A DNA stretch of 64,000 bases from Trichoplax adhaerens (lineage: Eukaryota > Animalia > Placozoa), in contig NW_002060960.1 in NCBI RefSeq assembly GCF_000150275.1, positions 1 through 64,000 of the forward strand, written 5' to 3'. The notes beneath the pieces are model-generated. The model ran no database searches. It saw only the letters and a list, made by a program, of their open reading frames with translations, and was not told the DNA's origin. Positions within the stretch are counted from its first letter, which is position 1; every line of letters begins with the position of its first letter. A program made the translations under genes and the position numbers. Positions 54,615-64,000 of this stretch are shown here, piece by piece.

Positions 54615-56388
54615 ATGATGAAATCGATCATTTTGACTCTCCTATTAACTATTTTCTTGTCAGGTAAATTTAAGGCCCGTTAAATTTCTATCTCTAAAGC
54701 AAAACCAGTTCCTTTTCCGTTGTACAGGAAATTATATAAATTTAAAAGTCCAATTTTTAACTCAAAGTGTTTCACTGAATGTTTTCTTAGAACTTTTATG
54801 AATATAATTGACATAAATTACTATAACGTATTATCGCATTTAAGTCTAGTGAACGTAAAATTGAATGAAATTGTTATGTTCATGCATGATATTTATTGCT
54901 GATGTAATGGATAACGTTAATATTAATCATCCAGATTTAGATAGGATTCTTTATATAGTGTGATGGTCTTAAATTAGTAATCGACACTCGAACATGAATG
55001 CCTAAAAGCTAGAGAGAGAGAGCTAGCGTAAAGTTGTTGATTCGATTTGATCTCGCTGCTCGTTAGGTAGCTTAGCGACATTAATGTAGTTTTGTGTTCA
55101 ATTACTCGTTGGTAACTTTTAATCATAAATAAATAAATTATGACAAATCTACAAGTTTGATTTATTATTAATTACTTTGTCTCAACATCTATTTGATTAA
55201 TTCTATACTCCAGTGTACTACACTTGTAGACCGTGCTACACAAATTTAGAAAATAATAGTCTATAATGCATATCGTATGCTCTAGCAAATATATCCCATT
55301 TAAATGTCTACAATGTTGATAAATGTGGTTCTATCTGAAGTTTAATATCCATTTTGTACGGAATTGAATATACTGAAGCCGTTATGGCCGACAAGGGAGG
55401 AAGAAGTCCGTCTTGTGAAAAGTGTATCCACTCAATCCAAAATGCAATCTCGTACCTAAACAAAACATCGACAAGGGTACATAGTTACTGGACCAAAAAA
55501 TAATTTATTTACTATAATTCTTGATTAGTAATACACGAAATAAAATGCTTTTTTATCAAAAAATGTACTGATAAAGTTATTATTACGCTGTTATGTGATC
55601 ATTTAATAGATAGTGAGCTTGTAACTTGCATATATTTCATAGCTTCATTTTGAGATAATTTTATTTAGTCTGATTTATTCTAGAGTATCTCGAAATGTTG
55701 TAATTATCTTCATTAATGACTGAATATTTATCATAAAAACAGTATCTTTTATCACGTAGTGCAGCATTGGTAATGATTAAAGTTTTAAAAGTGTATTTTA
55801 AATGTACGAAATGTCGAGTGCATTTCGTAACAGTTAAGGAAAGTAAAATAAATATATCGTAATTGCTTTATATATCAGGAAGAAGTTCAGAAATTTTTTA
55901 CCGATTTCTGCTCTACCCTCGAACTTCCGGAGCGAATCTTTGTAAATAGAATATTAAATTGCTTGATTGGGATTTAGATCCGTTTTAGAATATTTTCCTA
56001 TGATGACAACGCTATTTTAAATCGTTTTAGTGCATTCCTTATGTAAAGAAGTATTTTCCACGGATAGTAGCTGCTGTAAACAAAATCGTTGTATGTAATA
56101 AATATTCAAAATTTAAGCTAATGTATAATTTAGTTTTGAACGCCGTCTGTATTTTATGATAAAAAATCCCCAAGCTTCATTATTACTTCAATATATAGCT
56201 GGACACCGCGTTTTGAATAATGTTTCCTTTATAGTAATCATATTACTATTTTTCCTGCATTATAGAATCCACTGGTCTGGTGCCAAAGTTGGGGATCTTG
56301 TGCAAAATCTGTAAACTTAAAGCAGTTTAAGAATATAATTGAAATTCTATCACGTAAGTCATTCATCGAGCAAAATCAGCGAAAGTAA
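54615..56388 (+). CDS. Secreted saposin-like protein 2 (paralog), 130 aa
   Basis: Exons 54615-54663, 55379-55476, 55879-55941, 56031-56090 and 56266-56388: MMKSIILTLLLTIFLSAVMADKGGRSPSCEKCIHSIQNAISYLNKTSTREEVQKFFTDFCSTLELPERIFCIPYVKKYFPRIVAAVNKIVNPLVWCQSWGSCAKSVNLKQFKNIIEILSRKSFIEQNQRK. Same exon phases and near-identical exon lengths (49/98/63/60/123) as paralog 1. Confidence 0.9.
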
Positions 56389-59300
56389 ATCTGCTATGTC
56401 TAATCTACAGGCTAATTCGTACATATAAATGTTAACTCTACCAAATGACGGCGATATTATAGAAACATAAGTTAAATGTATTCTTGATAACGATAGCAAA
56501 ACTTTCCGTTAAAAACTGCTTAAGATTGCTTTTGATGATCAGAAGCTAGTTTACATAATCTTGAATAAAGATCCGTATTGTAGTAAATTCGCACATCCAG
56601 CTACCTTATCCATTTATTTTTTATAGCCATTTAAACTTACTGTTCTTGAAATAAAAGAGCAGTGTAAAGAGATTTTGTCCTCCTTGCGGCTTTCATGCCA
56701 TTGGATTACTAGATTTTATCATTAATTTCCTGATATTATCAGTGTTTTCACTTATGATAAGATAGAAAATCATGTTATAGTTAAGCAAAGCAATCATAGC
56801 GCTTGCAATACCTCTTCTGATTTCGGCGTTCTAGGAGTAATCGTAATAAAGCAGATTCTAAACTAACGATTCATTAAAACTATAACTTCGATGTGTTTAG
56901 AGTTGCATGCTTCAATAAAGCTGTATAATTACGAATGATCAATGTAATTTAGAATTATAATACGCAATTATAGTCAATCTTTTTCTTACATTAGCGTTAC
57001 TTGAGCTCTAATGATTACTGCTCAAAGCAACATCAACTCAAGTAGTCATTGTTCATAGTAATAAAAAAATTGAAACGATTATTAGGCAAAGAATAGAAAT
57101 TGCCTTGTTGAGATCATTATAGATTGATAAGAATGGGCAATAAAATAGTTATTAATTTCTAGACACTCTTCGACCAGTTTAATATAGAATTTTGTATGCA
57201 GCAAGTGCTCATATCGTATCGTGTTAGAATAGTGTCCGTAGCTAATTTACTGCAAAATGTTCGATGAAAGAGAAATTCCGGATTTTAAATGAACAGTAAA
57301 GTAATTACTAAAATTTTTGATTCACCTTGATAATATCAATACATATTTTATAGAGATCATACGGAATCAATTCCATTAATAAAAGTAATTTTTCGTAACT
57401 ATTACTTTTGCCAAAGTTCCAGTTTACTATCGATATCGAGAAATTATATATATTTTGATGCATCAAGGCGAAAATCAATAAAGTTATTTTTCCCAGTAAT
57501 TTTATAACAAGGTATGAACACTTAGCTTGTTGGTTTGAATAACATTTGTTAATATATCAGGATTTCGATCACAAGAATCTAATATTATCTGATTGCATGT
57601 CTTACAAATATAGTATAATTTCATAGAAATTTGACGATATTGATATTAGACACAATTTAAAGATAAGATCAAGATAAAAGATTGATGCTAAGTCGTTAGT
57701 TTGATTAGACGCAATTTCCTCGACAGAAGTATTGCCATTATCTAGATGAAGTAAATATTGCATTTGGTTAAGAGGTATTCAATTATTCATATTGTTGAGC
57801 TTGTAAATTTACAACAGTCTACGATAAATATAAGGTTGTACCAATAATTATAGGTCACTGTAAAATTTAATTCAATGGTCGAGGTTACCATCATACAAAA
57901 TCGGTAGCATAAGGTGATGAAATCAAATGCTATAAACAAGAATTTAGATATCAAATGTTTAGGCTCTTTAGAATTTGTGAAAATGTACTAAGGAAGAGAT
58001 AACGCTACAAATATTAATTACGTTGCTAGATAGAGTAGCGATGATGTGCTGTTTTTAAGTGCTTTGTGTAGGAAAGCTAATTGGAAATAATCCTCAAAGC
58101 TGAAGTAAAATTAATTATGTTACTGTATAGGTACACAATATTGCAAACGATCATTTGCAATAAATCTCTTTTGCCCTATTACAGTCTTTTTTACAGAATT
58201 TAAGATATTATTTCGTTATTTTTTTATCTGATTCGTTAGTAATAATTATTCAAAATTCAGTACCAATAACATATATATCTACTTTACTTTTACATCGGTT
58301 AATTCTAGGAAATCTCAGATACTATTCATATTTGATGATAAATAGAAGGAGTCCCATTACAAATATTTAACATTTGCCAAGAAATCAATAGTTACATCAA
58401 GATTTAAATTTCCTAATGATGATATTACGTATTGTTGTATTCCATCGCCCTTAAGTTCATTAAAAAATACTATTAGATCAAAATTTTTAGGAATGATTTG
58501 AAATGAAAATATATCAAAGCTTAGTTTCACCAATAATCCTTTGACACTTTCTTATCAAATTAAAAAAAGTTAAAAAAACAAAGTCGTATTTAGCAGGATT
58601 TATTGGCGTTACAAAAATTATATAAAAAATAAATTCTTAAACTGTAAAATAAATTCAGAATTCAAAACATGTATGCCAAACAATCAAAAATATAAAAATT
58701 TAAAAGGCCAGCAAGCATGCATGATATTGATTACTTCCCATATCAAAAATCATTAACGCTCTAGCTATATTTATATCGTTCCTTCCGTAACGTAGCATAG
58801 TGGTAAAAATTTCTTTAATATTTAAAATTAAATAGGCCAATTGAAATGTAATTTTTAGATGTTCATTTCAGATCAATGATCTGGAATTCGATTTCTACAT
58901 AATACGAACCACTTAAGTTGAAATAGAACGTACTTACAGTTTACTGTCTGGCTATGAGAGATTTAAAAGGCTGCACATGGTTTAAGCGTTCAACAATTAT
59001 TACACCCATGTTCAAAAAATTTTCATTTCCTAATAGTCTAGCAATAAACACATTTAATGCAAAACTTATATTCAACTGATTCAATAAATTACTATATGCA
59101 CAGTAATTTTCATATTATAAATTTTTATATAAGTTCAACAATATCAAAGACAAATCCTCAGCACTAGGTCTACAGGTAGGCCATGGCATAAAGGTTCTGT
59201 AATGTATTATATATTCAGCTTGTTGTATTTTTTATCAAGGGGAAATAAACAGATATAAAACAAGCTTAGAAATATTGAGCAGTTTTACATATATTCTACC

Positions 59301-62300
59301 ATAATAATCTGTAAGTGAAGTAATTTAAACTTACTAGCCCAATTCTCTAATCATCCTTGATCTCAGTCATCTTAATACTTTATTCATTAGATCACGAGAT
59401 TATTGACACACATTTACTATATTCTAAACAGTAATATTCTCCAAAATCTTGGCTTTATTTGCGTTTACTGTGCTTCAATTATTATTGTAGTAATTATTCG
59501 ATACTGCTATTAAATTGCTAATATAATCTATAGAATTTTAGTACTTACCAACACAAAGGGATCTTTCTCGATTTTATTGCATTCTTAATTATTATGCTAA
59601 AGTTAAAGCCTGAGCCTAGCGCTACGGTGACAAGATTCTAAAGCTGAAACCCTATGGGTTATTTAAGGGAGCATAACGTGCTTTCCATGGCAGCATTAAC
59701 CGATTGTTAAATTATGCATCTTAAATGCTATCGATGAAATCTGCAGCAGTTTGCTTTCATCATTTCTCGATTTTATGCATTCTTAACTAGTATGGTAAAG
59801 TTAAAAATAAAGCAGAAAACAATCTGAGTATGGATCATGTAGTCACATTAATCACCTATATTTGGTATTGAACTATAAATTCGGTAAGTGATATCAATTT
59901 AAGATTCCACTTAATTCAAATGTAACAATCCTGTTGAAGGTAGAGATGACATATTAGCCATATTTGATAGTTCTAAGCTGACTAAAATTATTTATTCACA
60001 TCTCCTGCCAAATGTCATCTTCTCATCGTTACTTTCAATAAACGGCGCTACTCATAATTTAAGCTATTTATGGAAAAAGTAATATCAAAAGTTTACCTGA
60101 ACTGGCCCTGAAAATTAACTTTTAATCTCGGTAGAGTGGCCTAACACTCATGGGACTGATGGTAGATGATGTTTCATTCTTATGATGTTACCGATAGAAA
60201 TTTACTAAGTGAACATCTTAAAAGATGGTATCAATATCTAATCTTAATCTGCATAGATAAGAAGAATTTTAAAACAATCTCACATGCGAAAAATAAATGG
60301 TCGGCTCTTATGATGAAAAGAACATGCTTACATTTTTTTAGTTATAATATTACATAAAAAATACGTTGGCAGTACAGTAGGGGGGAATTTATCCTAACTT
60401 GGATCGGAAAAAGAGCCTATGGGGTAATTTGTGGCAATATTAAAGTTAAAATTACGACTTGATTATAACCATTTCGTGCATACAATTAAGCAATTGCAGA
60501 CAAATTCTGCACATTTAAGATTAATTATTATATTATTAAAGATTATTAGTAGTATCAGTTCGTAATTTTATCAAGCTAACGGTCTCTCTACGGATGATTA
60601 CGAATGTCATTTGGTAAGTTTTTACTCGGGCCGCTCTACTAGTTATTAATTTTGACCTCATACAACGAAAAGACTGCTTTCAGCCAATTTTTCATACCCA
60701 TTTTCCTGACTAAATTTGCCATCTTTTCTAGCTGCTTGGCATTTAATGACTAAATATAGACCATGGCTATAGCCGAATACTTTTAATTATCTAATTGGAT
60801 TGTTAGTTGCTATTCTAGACTGTCGTTATGCGATATACCATAAATAGCTCTTGATTGTGGCAAAGAACGTGCCATTGACCTAATAAGTAATATATTTTTG
60901 TTGGCGACGGCTTCTGTACAATCGTAAGACAAGTTAGGCGTTAGCTAGGGCCTACCTTTGATGATAACTTGTGCCACTTTTTGCTTAGTAAATATGCCAT
61001 TAAAGCATGTATTCTGTAATGACTAATCGTCAGATTTGAAAGATTTCACTGGCAGAGTGAAGATCTTGATTCACAAATTCCAAATTGCAAGATAGAGGTA
61101 AGTAAATATTAAATTAATTAAAAAGCGACATTCTTCCATCGAATATAGGGTAATTAATTTAAATTTCCGTTGTTTTCACCTTGTGCAACGGATTTGGTGT
61201 CAATTTTGTGAAGATTTTTGTACTAGTATCGTATCATGAATAAATATACTGCTACAGCAGTCGTAGAAGTTCATTCAAAATAGAATTAACAAAGGCTATC
61301 AATATCTCACATTGTTTTTATTGCTGATCATGAAGTTATTGAAATGATGGATAGAGAACAGATTAGGAGATGGACGATTGATTTATGAGAGAAAATCAGC
61401 ACTATCGTCATGTCATCCATTTAAGGCTGCAGAGGATACTTACTTTCTCTTGTTACACTTAAAGATTTCCGTCTGCAGTCGATTAAAAAGAGTCCGTTAC
61501 TAGATAGTTTCAAAAATCTAAGTATTATAACAGTGCCTTAAAAACTATAGTGCTTTAATCTTTGTTTTATCTTTGAGACTTCTTCTTACTTAAATTTGAG
61601 AAGAATTTGAAAGGGAACTATGCGTAACACTGAAACAGATATCGAAGGATACGTGTACGACTATTTCGTAAAATGTTTCATTTCCTTCAATACTCTAACA
61701 AAAAGAATTCTTAATTCTGCTGTTGGAGTGTAAAATAAATGCTGTGCTACTGTATAATTTATATCATAAATAGAATGTAGCCACTTAGTCTACCTATTCA
61801 TGACAACTGTTCTTCATCCAGAACAGTATCATCATGGAATAATTAGACGCGAAAAGGATATAATTAATTTATTAAAATTGAACGTTAATTATCATTACTG
61901 TTGGCCTAGACTCTTAAAACCTTTATCATTTCTATACTGCTTTACTTAATATTACTAACCTTACTTTCATGGGGATCACGTATATAGAGAACTATCAATA
62001 GCCGTGATTTTCATCCGAAATTTTATCATTTCAACGTAGCTTATCAGCAGTGCTATGATATATTATAAAATCAGAAGAGTTTAACTAACTATGCAAATCC
62101 TACCTCAGTTAAACAAGACGATCTCTCGTTACGGTTTTAATAGGCATATACTAATGACATCCTAATTTATGCAAGTTACGCAAATTGACTTAATTAATAT
62201 TATGATTTATAGCCTTAAATGTCAACTTTCTGCTTTTAAATTGCAATTTTAACTGTAGTAGATAGCAGCCATATTGCTATCCGTATTGCTGCACCTAGGG

Positions 62301-62722
62301 AGACTTACTGTAAAATTCCAACTTTGTTTATAGTCGTAGGCTCATTGATATACAGTATCATAAAACTATCTCCCCTAGGATTATAATCTTCAAGAGTCGT
62401 ATCCAAGCCTTGAATTCAGTATTTTATTACAATTTAAACGCTTTATTATATATTTTTTATTGCAGTACTTGCAATTGCATGTATGCAAATCATTGCACCA
62501 ATTGATTAGATCGAATGCAATTACTGCTGCAATTCGTACACTGCCATTTTATCACGACTAGGATTTGATTCATTACCGAATTTGTTCCTGATAACAAATA
62601 GTAACTTTTCTGCTACTTTTAAATTTACATTTTATCCATGTATTGCTTCTGGTGTTGTAAAGAGCTAAAACAATTTGGTTTTGTCGTAGGCACCTTCTAA
62701 ATTGCGCCTTTCTACTAATAAA

Positions 62723-64000
62723 ATGAATATTATGATTCCACAAATGGCTGGAAAAGTGAAAATCGATAAATGGTGTTATACGGAAATGAAAGTAGATCGC
62801 TATACTTACGTATGGAAAATAGAAAACTTTACTTACTGTCCGCTAAAGACGGGAGAATTCTTAAAAAGTTCAACTTTTGTAACTGCTAGCTCTGATAAGC
62901 TACAATGGTAAGGAAAATAATTAGACTATCAAAATCAACCTCTAATTCATGTATGATAATTTCTGCCAACTACACTAGCAATATGTTAAAAGTGAATATC
63001 GTTAATAGTTTTTACTTGTCATGGCTGCTGCCTATTGCTTTGTAGGTGTATGAAAATTAACCCAAGAGGACTGGATGAAGATTGTAAAGAATACTTATCG
63101 ATTTACTTGGTATTGCTTAGTTGCAATAAGAAGGAGGTCAACGCTAAATTTAAATTTTCCATCTTGGATTCTAATGAAATGGAAAAACGATTGATGGGTA
63201 AGCTATTCCTCCTCGAACAGAATCAGCAAAAGACAAGTCTGTTTGGGGCAATGTCTCAATGCCATACAATTACTGTGAACGATAAAACTCAAATATGTGA
63301 AGAATTTTTATCATAATTCCATAGGCATACGTGGGCGATACAAAGATTTTAGTGGGTACAAATTTTAATTTTTTGTCTCAAATCCAGCAGCAATTTATTA
63401 AATCTATCATCAATTTTACATTCTTGTCGAGTTCCAGATTAATATCAGCAGTTTTCGGTTTTAGCTAGCTGGGCGAATAGTTATTACGAGCAAGATACGG
63501 CCGTTTTAGATATATTTATAATCTTAGATTTTGCTGAAAGCGTTTTAATCTTTACAACTTCGGAATAAGTTATTGCCTATAGTGTTTCCATAGCCGTTAA
63601 ATCACATTGACCAGTATTAGTTGCTAGTGGGAAATGAATGTTGCAATTATATTTTTCTAGCAACCAAAAATGAACTATTATTAAATTACGGTATGAAACT
63701 ATCATCTATGGCCTAAAACTTGTCTTATGAAACTTCCAATAGAAAGTCAACGTGCCTACAGTTTTATTCAAGGCAAAGATTGGGGATTTAAGAAATTTGT
63801 GCGCCGCGATATGCTGATGGATAAAACGAGTGGATTTTTAACAGATAACCGTCTAACACTCTGCTGTGAGGTATGTTGCTAGTAGGATATTGATATTTAA
63901 ACATAGTAGGCCTTTAATCTTGATTTATATCATCGTGAAGATAGCTCAGATGATTTAATCCTAATTTTTCTTTCTAGATCAATATTGTCTCAGATCCGAT
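62723..64000 (+). CDS. SPOP: Speckle-type POZ protein-like (MATH domain; BTB expected beyond the window), partial
   Basis: Exons ~62690/62723-62907 (WCYTEMKV...WKIENF...LKSSTF...DKLQW), 63046-63197 ([21 protein letters not shown]...AKFKFSIL), 63742-63870 ([23 protein letters not shown]...LTLCCE), 63979-end. The start may lie in an upstream exon because the frame is open back to the acceptor at 62689. Confidence 0.9.

Overview
AT-rich eukaryotic (animal) genomic DNA with short GT-AG introns. Composition, intron size and gene content suggest an early-branching metazoan, plausibly a placozoan (Trichoplax-like); this is inference. Most genes are spliced, so the ORF track misses or fragments them, and I reassembled them by hand. 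Left to right: a CARD/death-fold exon running off the left edge (-), preceded by a rearranged duplicated region with a long fold-back hairpin; an LTR/TIR-like element head-to-head with an inverted relative; an intronless class A GPCR with MECA-type features (-); two tandem ERI1-family DEDDh exonuclease paralogs (-); TTC26/IFT56 (+, with an X-box); ARPC1 (-); two tandem 5-exon secreted saposin-like (SAPLIP) genes (+) absent from the ORF track; and the 5' part of a SPOP-like MATH gene (+). Most notable: (1) the ERI pair, where the copy with an intact ORF has lost 4 of 5 catalytic residues while the copy retaining all of them is broken by three lesions; (2) the hidden cationic SAPLIP pair with a conserved C-terminal amphipathic tail; (3) the ~164-nt hairpin at 3132-3295.
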